Positions 50,989 to 64,000 of a stretch of DNA of 64,000 nucleotides are shown in pieces. The position numbers and the translations under genes were made by a program. Each line of letters begins with the position of its first letter. Within the stretch, counting starts at the first letter, position 1. The DNA lies in the NCBI GenBank assembly GCA_020536535.1, contig JAHLWZ010000191.1, positions 1 to 64,000 of the forward strand, in the 5' to 3' direction. The notes below the pieces were generated by a model. That model was not told the DNA's origin, ran no database searches, and saw nothing but the letters and a program-made list of their open reading frames with translations. Source of the stretch: Pelomyxa schiedti. Lineage: Eukaryota; Protista; Evosea.

Positions 50989-53900
50989 ACCGGGAAGCTC
51001 TGGAGTTGCTGCAGTGGGTGAGAACGTGAGGCGCGTGTTTGGTGTGTGGACGATGGAAAGGAGCAGCCTGAAGGGTATCCAGAGTAGCGAAAGTTGCAGG
51101 TGTGGCTGTGGTGCCAGAGTATGCAGGTGGTGCACGATTGGGTGCTGCTGGAAAGGGGGCGTTGGGATAGATGTGCCTCTATCCGCTGCTAACAAGTCTC
51201 AACTGTCGATGCTGGCCAGAAAATATTCGCCGTTTTTGTCAAGTTTGGTGGGTATCCATATGGCTGTGAGATTTGTGACTCACTGGTGACCATAAATAAA
51301 ACAAAATGCAGTATCAAGGAGCCCTAAGTGCCCTCCCATCTGATGGCAAGTCAGACACACTGGGGATTTCATCATTTCTGTTGCAGTGTGGTGAATTGAG
51401 CATGGTGTGCCTTGAAATACTTGAGCCAATGCTCACTCAGTCCTCAGTTCATGAGATTGCTAAAAGGTGGCTGAAACTTGCCTGTGGAGCACTGCAGGCC
51501 CACAATGTGTATACACACTTTTTTTTTACTCTGACCATTAAAACTGACACCTAGTTGGAATCTGGTTGTGCCCACTGGATAGATCATGCCCTTTCTCGGC
51601 TCAGTGCTGACAGAAAAAAAAAGAATTTGTCTGAAAGCTCCATTTTTTTACCCCAGGTATCTACTTTTTAGTTTCCGTGTCTCATTGTATAGGATGGGGA
51701 TGAAATAGAGTTCACAAAACTTGTGTGTACAGCATTATATTACAAAATTGAATTGCATCTTTCTTCTGCTGTGACGGTAGTGCATATCATTTTCATTTAC
51801 AAAAATGTAAAATGAAAAAATGCAGGAAGAAGAGCTGATGTCAGCCGTTTCTGTGGCATCCGGCCAATGGAACTCCTGGTTACTTTCGATGCAAACAAAG
51901 GACCCAAAAACAGTCTCAACCCAATTTCAATGCATGAGCCAGCTTCTTATGAAAGCAGCAAAGCGATTTGCTTGGACACAAGGTATTTATTTCTTGCAAA
52001 GAATAACCTTTCTCGTTTCTAATGGGACCAGAACACTCCAGTACAGAACATTTTTCAAGACTGTACCAATTTGCTTTTACCTGTGTTCTTATGTACTCTG
52101 ATTCCTCCTCATTTTTTGATATCTGTTCAAAAACAACTTCACACTTTTCCTCAAGTATCCTTTCTTTCCATTGGTACAGAGGCTAACTTCTGCACATACT
52201 GCAGGTTCTTTTACTCCAGAAACCCTTTGGATGTTACACACTCTTATACATATAGAGATTTCCCATCTCAAATCACAAGCTTTGGCAAAAAACACATCAT
52301 CGACAGAACCATACCAATATGTAATTTGGGCTATAAATTTTGTATCACACCTAAGACAGGTTCCCCTCCCCCAAACCCCAGCCCCCACTTTAATTTGTGC
52401 ATTAAACAGAATCCTTCGAAAAATTTTGATATTTACATGAACAAAATCACGTTGCTCATACAAGAAATACTTGATTTCTGTAAAATAAAAACTGGCAGGT
52501 TTGCGTAATACCAAACAACAAGCTTTCTGACTTGAAAGAAGGTTATGGGTGGGTTTTTATGCCCTGGCTTGTCTTCATGCCACTCTCTTTTTCTTTTCCA
52601 AAAGTGAAATTGGTATGACAATGTACATAATTAAAAAATACAGGGGCTAACTGTACGTCTTCTTTAGAAACTGCATTGGTGTATCTCCTCAAGGCAAATT
52701 CGTCACTGAATCCATGTGTTACTGGGTTTATCCCGCCCAAACAGGCCTCCACAGAGAAACCCCTTCCTCTACAGTATACAGTCCTTCTTAAACTTGTGAA
52801 ATGCTTGGAGGATATCAGAGTAAGACTTTTACAACTTCGAATTTGTACAACAAGTTACACTCTTTTTAAAAAAGAAATTTATTCAAGAGGATACAAGTTT
52901 CATCACAATGAAAACTATAAGTTACTTTGAGGTGACTATGAGATTATTATCCATGTCAATACATGAAGGGACAATGTGGGAGATTTCATCCCCTGAATCA
53001 GTAATCTACTTCTTCATTCACCTTTTCTTACTTGATAATAGGCGAAAAAATCTTTTCTTCCTCTCCAGCCCTGTAGAGTTGAAGCACTCCGCCTCATCTC
53101 CAAAGTAATGCTCTAGTGAACACCTTTGGCAATTAAGCAATCAAGCTTACATCTTAGTAGGTGCTAATAGAGAAATGTAAGCTTACCTCGCAAGCTCTCC
53201 ATCTGATAGATGAGGTTATGGATATTGCCAAGACTTGCAACCTTACACCAGAGTTAAAGCAGACTGCCTTGCAGTATTTTCTCTTTTATTGTTCCCCACC
53301 CCTTTCTTAGTTTTTCTTTAGATTGTACAGTTTTGGTCTGAAAATGTACAATCACTCAGATTTTGTAAATGCAATTCAAGTTCTGACTAGTGGGTCCAAT
53401 GCAATACATTCTTATTTCTGAGTGACTTTATTTCAGAAAGCACTGAAATTATCAAAGATTATCGTCCTTGTTTTAAGGATGATGAACTCTCTCACAGTTA
53501 TGAATTACTATTTTTGTGTTACAAAAAAGAAGGGATGATTAAGGTATCACTTTAATTTCCACAAATTGAAATAAATTAAGAGCGCTATTATGGCTCTGAC
53601 TGTTAACTCCCCTAGAACGCCTGTGAGATGTTACTTCAACAGTTAGAACTTTCCAGTGACCTTAACTGCATTATTTGCATTGCCAACCGATATGTTCAGG
53701 TAAGGTTTATCCATTCACGAACATCTAAAAACCTTTCTTGAAGTGCCAGGAGGACTTGTTTCAAGAAACACCAGAGAAGTGGGTATCCAGTTCACTTGCA
53801 TTTTTGGAGTCCCTCCATGCTACAAAAGTTACACCATCTACAATTACCCAAATTATCTTGCACCTGTTGTCATGCCTTCGTAACTCCAAGTGCGTCTTGC

Positions 53901-56900
53901 AGCACTGTTTCCCATGGTTCATAACTTTTCCCATTCAGATGTACTGTGCTTGTAATTATGTCTGTTATCAATGCAGCAATAACAATGTTGAATGAAACCC
54001 TGAGCCCCTTGGAAGTGGCTTGGTAAGTCTATACCCTTTCAAGACGTCTATTGACATTCCAGTCCCAAATAGGCTTCTGGTGGAGAAAGCAAAAATCTTG
54101 CGAGTTGAGAACCCTACAACTCATATGCCAGACCTCCTGTACTGCAAACAAGTCCTTGAAAAAGCAATAGCACTTTACAATTCCCAGGTAAAATGATTCT
54201 CTTTGCGTCGTGGCCTAACACTCCCTGAGACCTCAGCATCCCAGGATGAGCTAGCAAAGGCACACATTTGGATGGCAATGACGTCTGTTTTTCCTCAGAA
54301 CAAAAATGAAGAGCCATCCAAGAAGATTGCCAATATTGCTGATGTATGCCTACACCTGGAAAGAGCCTTGACATTGTGGGAAGGACTTCCACTTTCCACA
54401 CCCAAAGGTCTGCTCCACCACCTAGGAATTACTTTCCCTTATGCAAAACTTAGGCACTTCGCAAACATTCACACCTTCAGAATCTACACTACAAATTTTA
54501 CGTTTGTTACCTTTTGTAATTTCTTCATCCTTTACCTTCAATAGAAATTATGGGAGATCTTTTTGGGTTCCTTGATCTCTCTGCACATCAACTCAGATCC
54601 TATAAGCTCTTGTTATCATTTGTCGATATCACTGACACTGTTACCTCACACCTGTGTAAGTGGTAGGAAAAACTTTTTAGAAATTTATTTTCTTTGCAGC
54701 ATCAATAGTTGCCTATTCCAGTATTAGCAACGCATTGTCTGAGCTCTCTTGCTTTCCAGAAGCACTCCAGTTTGTTGAAAAGTGCACCTCAATTCTGTCC
54801 GCCGTACCTGTGGACTCTTCTGACTTTTATTATGGCAGTCTACATATACTATACTCTAGGTACTTGTGTGACCTCAAACGGGGAGAATTGAATGATATCT
54901 CTGATGTTAAGTGGGTCTCTCACGGCAACTTTCTTTCCTAAAGTAATTCTAGAGACAAGCTTGTCACTTCAATTGGTACCCTGGAACAGAAAAAAAAAAT
55001 GTTGTGGGAAGAAGCAATCCTGTTAGCTGAGCTTAAACTGCTCCTATCAAGGATATTACTATCACAGGTTTAAGGATTTCAATTTACACTCTTTAAAAAA
55101 TATCAGGGGCAACTAATGCATGCATTCTTTGAATCAAAGAGAGCTTTGAAGAGGAGGAAAAGCGCCCTTCCTATTACTATTGCACTGTTTGAGGGTGGCA
55201 ATTCTGGGAAGTCCCTCACCAGTAGTCTTTCATATGGCTGTTTAAATCGAGCTCCAATCACTGAGTGGAGAGTCACGAAGGTTTTTATTAGCACCTTTTG
55301 CTTGTTTATGGACGTTCTCTAAATAACAGCCAATAAAAAGGGTTTAGCAAGCAATCTGTTACACCAAGGCTGGCTTCATGAACTCAGAGATGAGGTGGCA
55401 GAAGCACACTCCTTATACCAGAGGTACTTATCTGGGATAATATCTTTTCATTAAGTTCCAAAAAATGCAGAGGGTTGGATCTAGCCAAACTGTGTGGGGC
55501 ACCAAATCTCATATCAGAATTTCTACACGAACTTAGTGAACTTGAATATAGAAGGTTGTATCCTTGATTTCCCGGTTTTTGCTTCTTCTGACTTCCCTTC
55601 AGTGGAAATTTCGAACAGTGTTACATATATCTGAAGGAAATTGATTCAATTCAAGAATATGTGTGCATTCTTGGTAGTTTTTTTAAATCTCCTTAGCTGT
55701 CGGTTTTCTTCTTCTTGCAGCTTCGTCAATCAGATCTCCCAATTTATAATCCCATATACCACATCTTTGCAAAAATGCGCACAGGTGATATCCATCGCAG
55801 GGAGTTTGAGCTGCCCATTGCCCTGGCTTGTTACCAGGAAATTTTGGAACTTGTTACACACGAGAACCGCTCTCCACATATAATAGTGAGGTACTATTTC
55901 TAGTAGTGAATATTGTTATATCACACTCAGCCGATAGGAGTGATGCAACCCCCCGCGAGTCTCGTGTTTTGAATAACTGTTCTCCATTGTGGGAAGCATC
56001 TCAATCAAGCCATATTATTCCTTCTACACATTCCAGTCTACCTGGTACAAATATACTGAAGTGTGGCTGTAATCTTGGACTTAGCTATTGTTAGCAGTTG
56101 AGATTCCTTCTCTCAACGAACAAAGGCACATGGACACCTTGTTGGGTCGAGTTGAAGGAAGGATGGCAAGGCTTTTAATGATGCAAGGCAAAAACACACA
56201 GGCACTAGAGCTTTTGAAACAAGCATTAAAAAGGAAAAACTTGTCAACTGCCACCAAGGTTTATTTGTTCCATTTCCCTTCTTCAAAATTTCATCTTCCA
56301 CCCCTTTCGATCTCCCCTCCAGTGTGTTCTCGACTACCACATCGGCCGACTCCACATGAAGATGGTTTCATATGCAACCAGCAAATTTCAACCGCATTTC
56401 GAGTCTGTGAACATATCTTCTCCAAGTATCTTCTTCATTTCTCAATCACACTGATGTTCATAGACTTCGAAAGTGCCTGCTCTCACTTAAAACTTGCTTT
56501 GCAATCTGCCCGTCACCTTGGCATACCAAATCTTGTGCAAGATATTGCACTGAGTTGCTCCGCACTCTATGGCATTGTTGATCCCTCTATGGCCTCCCTG
56601 TACATAAGTTTGTTTGGCACAATGATGAATTTTTCTGTAACTGGCTGGTGCATCAATTAATCGAAGTCTTGATGCAGATATCTCCGTTGGCATTTCTCTT
56701 AGGCAACAAATGGCCTCACTCCTTTGTACCAACAGGAGGACTACCAGATTACACAGGAAAGACCCAAAGAAAGGTGCCCAACTGGATGATAGCCTGAGCA
56801 TTTTGTGTGAACACCTGGAAAATGTGACACTCACGGTGACCTCCTCTCTCTCACAAGTATGACAGTGACGTGTGACGCAGGAAACAGAAAGTAATTTAGA

Positions 56901-59528
56901 GAAAACTTTCACTTTTGAAGGCATTGATGATGCCAGTAGATTTGAGGTAACTACTGTTTCTTCTCACTTCCTGATTCCTTTTTTAGTCGGAATATGTGGA
57001 AACCCTCCCTCCTACATGGGTTGTTTGCACCCTTGCAATGTCAGCAGAACAAGATAGACTCCTTCTTTGCCGCTTGCAAGTAAGCCAGTGTGTCTGTAAC
57101 TCTCTCTACTAAAAGGAACCACAAGAATGGCAAAAAATGTGTTGTGGTCTCGCTTCCTGTTCAAGTGACCCCTCTTACAACATGCATGCCCGAAGACATT
57201 AACAACAGTTCCGTAACAATTGATAATGTGGTCAGTGAAGAAGAAGGGGAAGACATAGAAGCAGTACTTTCTGATGGGAACACAACCTCTGACGGCAGTG
57301 AAAATAGTGATGAAGTTAGAAGTTCTCGTTGCACTGCCGCGGACCAAAGCTGCTTGGATGAAGCTGGTGATGACTCAAGTGATGAAGACAATGATTCATC
57401 AAGCGAGTCCTGCAGAACTGATGAAGACAACACCGACGATGGAAGTCAAAGTTCACAGTCAGAAGACTCTGGGAGAGGGGGCTCCAAAAAGGATTCCAGC
57501 GAAGATGAAGAGGACAGCGATGACAGTGGCTCGAACTCTGGTAGGGAGGCCTCCGACTCAGCTCGCCGTTCGACAGTGAGGATCAAACTGGCGAAAAATA
57601 AAGGTCTCTCACAAGAAATTTCTCCAAGGAGTCCCCTCGCATCAGCTTCAACCAGAGGAAAAACAAGAACATTAAAGGTGACCTCGAGTACAACGCCACA
57701 TACTCGAAAGACGAAGAAATCATGTGACGTCTCTTTCACAGCTCCTGCCACTCCTACCACCCATAATAAACGCTTGTCCGCTGCCGTTGTGGATACTCCC
57801 CAAAGGCCAAGGAAAAAAACAAAAATCCAGGCGCTACAGGAAACACTCTCTGCGATAATGTCTAGTAATCATGAAACGGCATTTGCCAAACATGGGGACA
57901 CGGAACAGGAGAGGCAACAGTGGTGGAGTAGGCGTGGTGAAGTAGACCAAAGAATGAAGGAATTATTGAAGTCCATCGAGAATGATCTACTGGGAGTCTG
58001 GAAGGTAATTTTCTTTACACCTCCCTTGTGATAGTAATATAACAGGGATTGGTTATTGCCCCGCCTCTCGATGACTGTATAAGATCAACAATGGAAGAGA
58101 GTATCACAAAACTTGTACGTCGGTGGGCAAACATTTCTACCAAGTATGCCCTCCTCCGTTACTCCTTATGACCCTCTCACCTGGTCTTTCTTCAAGTGTG
58201 AATTCTGGGCTGGTTGAAGCACTCTTCTACGCGAAACCATATCTTTCAGAAGAGGAAATTAAGGTGATTCACCCCATTCTGTCTTCAATTTATAATTCTC
58301 ATTGGATAGACTTGCATTTCGTCACTGCTGCAAAATCAAGCAGACACTTGTGTGTTGCAGGTTTTTCTTCGCTTCCCTGGCTTTATTTTAAAAGTGGGAT
58401 AAGGAGGTCAACTACTTGTGTTCTCTCTATGACACTGCTTTGAGTAATGCGGAAGCCCTTCAGAAAGTAAAAGCAGCTCGTTCAGTGAAATCGAAGCCTA
58501 TGGCGTATGGGAAAATTAGGTGGGTTATTCAAATAACTTCCCTTAGATCCCCCGCCTCGGAGCTTGCTAGACAACCGTTGATTTTAATTTTGGACAAGGA
58601 ACTGCAAGCTCTTGCCTGGGAAAGTATTCCAGTTCTCAGAGAGCACCCAGGTTCGCTATTTCATGTCTGAAGACCGAGGCCATTTATCTCACCACCCCTT
58701 CAGTGTCAAGGATGCCATCACTACCGTTTGTCACCTCAATGGCACATCGAGTGTTACACCGTGACCGCACTATAGCCCATGATATTCTCAGAGATGGGAT
58801 AACTTCGTCTCGCACCTACTATGTGCTTGACCCTGAAAATAACTTGATGAATACGCGGGCAACATTTGGGCCGTTCTTTTCCAGGCATCCGCTCAATTCA
58901 ATTTGCACTGTTGTTCACCACTAATGTCCACAGGCAACGCTGGCACGGGCTTGTTGGGGTTCCTCCAACGCCAACAAATTTCAAAGGCGCACTTGAATCC
59001 AATGACCTTGTCATATACTGCGGCCACGGTACCGGTGAAAAATATCTTGCGGGTTCCTCCATCCAGCGCCTCTCACGTTGCGGCGCAGTGCTGTTGATGG
59101 GTTGTTCCTCAGGACACTTGTCATACCAAGGTGAATGTGACCCAACAGGAGTGCCTTTGCATTACATGCTCGCAGGATGGTGTGTTGCTCCCCAAAAGGC
59201 CAAGCACCCGCCGCGACACTACGCACAGCGGAACACACAATCCTAACACTGCACTACGCACTAGGCATAAGATAAATATCTAACCATTGTGGCACACAGC
59301 CCCTCACTTGTTGCCAACCTGTGGGATGTAACCGACGGCGACCTGGACAAGCTTACCAAGTCGCTGCTGGACACGTGGCTTACAGACACCGACGGCAAGA
59401 CGAGCCTGCCCTGCGCCCTTGCCAAGTCCCGCACAAGCTGCCGTCTCAAGTACATCGTGGGCGCCGCCACCGTGTGCTACGGCGTCCCCGTGTTCCTCGC
59501 GGCGGCGCCATCACACGACAACCCGTGA
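50702..59528 (+). CDS. ESP1: Separase (peptidase C50)
   Basis: Long helical N-terminus, then LILDKELQALAWESIPVL, SRMPSL, YYVLDPENNL, IYCGHG (His), LLMGCSSG (Cys), VANLWDVTDGDLD. Confidence 0.93.
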
Positions 59529-59713
59529 TCGGTTGACTCGCCGTGCGTCCAAGCGCCGTGCGGCTAAATTAATTCCCTCCCCCAGATAGACTTTCTCATC
59601 ATCAATAAACCGGCACTAAAAACGCGGCCGTTTCTCTGCCCGGTAGGAGAAAATGAAAACCCGGAAACCCTTCAAACGAACAAAGTGTCAAACCACTGCA
59701 GAACAAAAAAAAA

Positions 59714-62700
59714 ATGGGAAGCGCTGAGAAGATCTTGCCCACAGTTGGAGGGGGAAATGCGGGATTGTGGTGGGTGGGTGTTAAAGACTCAGATCTGAGA
59801 GTGTTTGATGTAGTAATGAGGACGCCTGTAGGGACCACATACAACTCGTTCTTGGTAGTTTCGTCTGAACACGCTGTGTTGTTTGAAACAGGTTGGTTCG
59901 TTCCGAACTACCCTTGCTAGTGAGATTTTTCATTGGGTTTTTTGTTATTTTTTCACTATGGCTTATTTATGTGGTAGTCAAGAAGCCTTTTGTCAACGAG
60001 TGGCTGAGGAACATTAAACAGGCACTTGGAAGTGCCTCCCTTACGCACCTGGTGGTTAATCATACTGGTATACTTAAGTTTGGCATTCCCCAGCTTATCA
60101 TCCTTTTTGTTGTACTTTTTTCCGTGATTATAGAACCTGATCACTCTGGTGGAGTGTCCACAGCCTTGGCTGAATTCCCTGAAGTTTCTCTTGTAGCAAC
60201 AAAGACAGCGTTGTCTTTCCTGGAGAAACAGGGTGTTCAATTTTCTGGGCACAAGACTGTACCTGTTTCTGATCGTGAAAGTCTTACAATAGGCAGTCTC
60301 ACTTTGGAGTTCCATGTTCTCCCTTTCATTCATTGGCCAGGTAATTCTTAATTTCTCTGCACTTCAAAAACAGTTCCCCAAGATACGATGATTACTTATA
60401 TCCCACAATTGAAAACTGCTATCACATGTGACTTCTTGGGTTCCCACTTTTGCTCCAGTACATTCACCTTGTTTGTGGAGGCACCTCACTCTGTTGACTA
60501 TTGGAACGCATTCAAATATTATTTTGACGTGATATTTGCGCCATACAGGCTGTATGCCAAGAAAGCTGTGGATAGAATCAAGGAGCTTGATCTGGCCTTA
60601 GTTTGTTGGTACCTTGACTCCATTTAGTCTCTGTAACATAAACCAGCTCTCACGGACCACTTCTGAAGGATGAAATACTCACTGAGGGAATTGCCAAATA
60701 CTGCCTCTGGGCGACTCCCGTGGAGTTAGAACGTCGTGTGGTAATTGCGTTTGTGTCAGCATATGGATTTACTGAAAGCCTTGCCACTGAAATTGCTAAG
60801 GTACAGCCTAATACACCTCCTAGAAATAACTGTTTCCAGGGTCTTGAAGCTGTCAAAGTTCCTTGTAAAGTTTTTGACTTGTTAAAAACTGATTTCTCGG
60901 TTGTATGGGAAGAATTTTCCCATTCAAAAGGTTACTATATTGAATTTATCAATAAATCCAATATTATGTTAAGGTCTTTTGCTTGGGACACCTACTATCG
61001 AAAGGGATGCTTTGGGGCCTGTCTGGAATTTTGCTACTGCCCTCAAACCCCCAGAGCATGGTGACAGGTAATTCGTTTCTTTTGAATCTTCTAGAAAAGT
61101 ACGATTCATTTGATCCTTGAAAGGGTATTGGGATGCTTTGGATCTTATGGTTGGAGCGGTGAAGCGTTGGCAAATATTCAACAGCGCCTTAAACAAGTTC
61201 GGGGGGCAAATGTGCCCTTGGAACCTTTTGCTGCCAATTTTGCTCTGTCTACAAGTGATTCCAGCTCCGCTGTAATTTGGGGGGCTCAGTTTGGTCAAGC
61301 TGTTCTTGGGATAACTACCACAGTACAACCCTCCGTATGCCTCGCAAAATCTAAATCTTATTCACTAATGACAGTAAGAGGCCTGTGGTCTTGATTCCTA
61401 AAAGTTCAGATGGAAAAACTCACAGATGGAGATGTAAAATATGTGGAGAAATTTTCATTGGAATAGAACCTCCTGAAACCTGCCCTGTATGTGGAGCCTC
61501 TAAGGAGGAATGGGTCATCGAAGATCTTGCATCAGTAACTTCTGTAGCATCTGCAGCAGTTGTATCTACAGTACCTCCTGCAGTTCCTGATGTGGAAGAT
61601 TTGGAATCTGTTCGTGAAAAAGCAAAGGAAAAGTTGAAAGGCTGGTGTGGTGTATATAAAATGTGTGATGGGGATTATTCCAAACTTTGCCAAGGTACCT
61701 TCCTTCTTCCTCAACTCCGTGGTAAGGGCATACAGGTCAAAGCTATGGAAGGCGACTTGGATTCGGTGGTATTGGGTCTGGGCAAAGTTTTCACAACAAC
61801 TTCCTGGCTCTTCAAGCAGTAAAGCTTAGAATGAGTGTCATTTCACTTCATGCAGAACCAGACTGCTCATACAATTTCTTTGGGCGTCGGCTTGCCCTCC
61901 CCGTAATGGGTGCCCCAGCTACAGGTGTAACCAGGTAAACTCAAAACCAAAAAAAATTAAACAAAAGTCTCCTGGACCTGATTTCCAAACTACAGCATGG
62001 CAAATGCAATTACAGAGGAGGAGTTGTGCAGGGCTACAGTATTTGGCTGCAAATCGGCGGGAACAATTGCCTGGAGGGGAGATTCCCACACCTACAATCC
62101 TTATAATCCTACGACTGAGATGCCTTGTGCCCTTGCAATAAAAGAAGCATCTGGTTTTGGGGTCAAGATAAGCAAGCCACGAGAGCTCGAAGCCATAAGG
62201 AAAACGTTTGAACTCTATGAAGCGATGGGAGCAGTTGCGGTTGGCGTGGATATTGATGCACCCACAAGTCACCTGATGACAAAATTTGGCAGGAAAGTTT
62301 TGCGCAAGAGTGCTGAAGATCTCATGTGTTTCTTTCTCACAGAACTGTACCTCTTCTCATCCTGTTTTTAAAGGCAAATAGTATCCATGACCCGACTTCC
62401 CGTCATATTCAAGGGAGTGATGAATGTTACTGATGCCCGTCTAGCTGTAGATTGTCATGCTGCTGGGATTGTCGTCTCAAACCACGGAGGCCGCGTAGTC
62501 GATTGCACACCTGGTTTGTGTAAGGTTCTTTCTTCCTGTACTGACTTTCCCCAAGGTACCGCAGAAGTTCTCCCTAAAATTGTTCAAGCTGTTGGAGGAA
62601 GGACTAAGATCTTTGTTGATGGTGGTGTCCGAACAGGCTATGATGTGATGAAGATGCTTGCTCTTGGTGCCGAAGCAGTTCTTGTTGGAAGGGACATTGT

Positions 62701-62929
62701 ATGTAATTGGTTAGGTTTTGTTTACTCCTAACGACTCCTCAGCTTCGGGCTGCTATTGGAGGAGGAGCCAAGGGTGTGGAGCTACAAATGCAACAGTATG
62801 TAAAGCAATCTCCTTTTAAATTCGACTGATTTTCGTAGGTATTGCGCGGATCTGAAAAGAGCGATGACCATGTGTAGTGTAAATCGCCTTAGCGAGATTA
62901 ATGCTGCCTGTATCAGAAGTGATCCATAA
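59714..62929 (+). CDS. Fusion of flavodiiron protein (metallo-beta-lactamase + flavodoxin), short rubredoxin and FMN-dependent alpha-hydroxy-acid dehydrogenase-like domain
   Basis: HTEPDH, HWPDTM, CDFLGSH, CSHGP, SAYGFT, GTPTI, FGSYGWSGEA; then CKIC-x12-CPVC; then PVMGAP, FKGV, SNHGGR, DGGVRTG. All exons join in frame through GT-AG introns. Confidence 0.88.
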
Positions 62930-62962
62930 ACACCACAATGATACGAAAAAGTTTTCTTTCAG

Positions 62963-64000
62963 TTATACTTTACTCTTCTTTTGATTTGGTTCGTGTGGTT
63001 TGTGCACTTTGAGGTTGCAAACTTTTCGCATTTGCTCTTGTTGTTGGCTTTTAATGTAGACCTTGAGCTCTTTCTCTGTGACTGTGAAGAGTGTAAGTGT
63101 AAGGAAGGGAAAGAATTGAGATACCTGTGACTGTGGAGTTTAAAAATGCAGGAAGAGGAACCGCTTGCCATGTTGATGTACTGTCAGGTTTAAAAGCCTT
63201 TAAAAGGGGAGTTTCCGGGCTCTCTGGAATCAGTGATACGAGAAGGGAATTGTCAAACGGGCTGAAGCTAGCGGCAGTCGGAACACCACCAATATCAATT
63301 GATTGCGCAAGAGCCAACTGGCCATCAGAGGTTACAACGAACACGAAGAGCTGCGGAACTCTAAGGAGGGAGTTACAGTAAGTCCGAGATAAACAGATAG
63401 AAGGGGTTGGTTTACCCCTCAACAGTGGCTGCTAGCAATCCGCTGCGGTAAGACTGGGGTTTAACAACAGATGGTTTGGTTCCTGGTGGGGGAAGACCTC
63501 GCCCAGAAGCCCCTTGGCATAGGTATTGTATGCATAGGCATTTGCCGGTAAGAGGGTCCCATGAACGGAGAGTGCCATCCCCTGCACCAGACACAAGAAT
63601 GGTACTGCCACAAAAAACTACGTCTGAAATGAATCTGAGAAGGTACAGGAACTTATTGGCAAAGCACTACTGAAAATAGTACATACTCTGTGTGACCCAT
63701 GCAAAATGACTCTATGATGCATGTCTGAGGGAATCTGCTGACTCGGATCCGCTCGTCTCTATCGCATGTTGCTACTAGGGTAGTAGTATCAGTTCTCATG
63801 CATGCAAGGGAGGTGACCAAGGAGCAGTGGCCAATAGCAAGTTTGATTGCTGGCTTTTGGTGTTGGTATTCTACTTTCTGACTTTGGTGCTGCTGTTGCT
63901 GTTGCTGTTTCCTGAGTTTCTTGGCAAGCCGATTTGTAACGGAAATGTCCTTGGAAGGAGGGGGATTCACTGCTGTCGGGGTGACGGGAGACACTGCAGA
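62963..64000 (-). CDS. WDR4: tRNA (guanine-N7)-methyltransferase non-catalytic subunit (WD40); 5' part lies outside the window
   Basis: IGHCSLVTSL, TCDRDERIRVSRFP, IESFCMGHTE, SGAGDGTLRSWD. Confidence 0.88.

Noticed and set aside
59714-62929. Bacterial contaminant or operon explaining the FDP, rubredoxin and dehydrogenase cluster
   Set aside because: About 14 host-style spliceosomal introns interrupt it, and it is flanked by separase and WDR4.

Overview
Compact, intron-rich eukaryotic DNA with many short (about 35-100 nt) GT/GC-AG introns, intergenic gaps often under 200 bp, and three 100-N scaffold gaps (566-665, 10382-10481, 34346-34445). It is not prokaryotic: there is no CRISPR array, rRNA or operon. 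The anaerobe-type enzymes (flavodiiron protein, nitroreductase) and gene style suggest an anaerobic or microaerophilic protist, possibly an archamoeba such as Pelomyxa (inference only). About 22 protein genes were reconstructed by hand across introns: RMDN1, UBA5, a CaMK-type kinase, ATG18/WIPI, two tandem LNR-repeat membrane proteins, a frameshifted hypothetical gene, DNA ligase III-like, a CBM20 protein, an RRM-CCHC-SPOC protein, nitroreductase, calcineurin A-like, a GH65 glycosidase, acetyl-CoA synthetase, dysbindin-like, TXNDC17, a Gln-rich unknown, a propeller/EGF surface protein, a TKL kinase, separase, a flavodiiron fusion and WDR4/TRM82 (partial). There is also one tRNA-Gln, one degenerate tRNA-like sequence and two non-autonomous TIR elements. 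The top candidate for a new system is one spliced gene (59714-62929) fusing a complete flavodiiron O2/NO reductase, a rubredoxin and an FMN alpha-hydroxy-acid dehydrogenase domain, potentially a self-contained substrate-to-O2 electron chain. Other highlights are a MITE that could splice out of an exon in frame, a LIG3 carrying a macro domain plus two BRCTs instead of the PARP zinc finger, and a hidden 293-codon UBA5 extension. Exon boundaries are manual and some gene ends are approximate.
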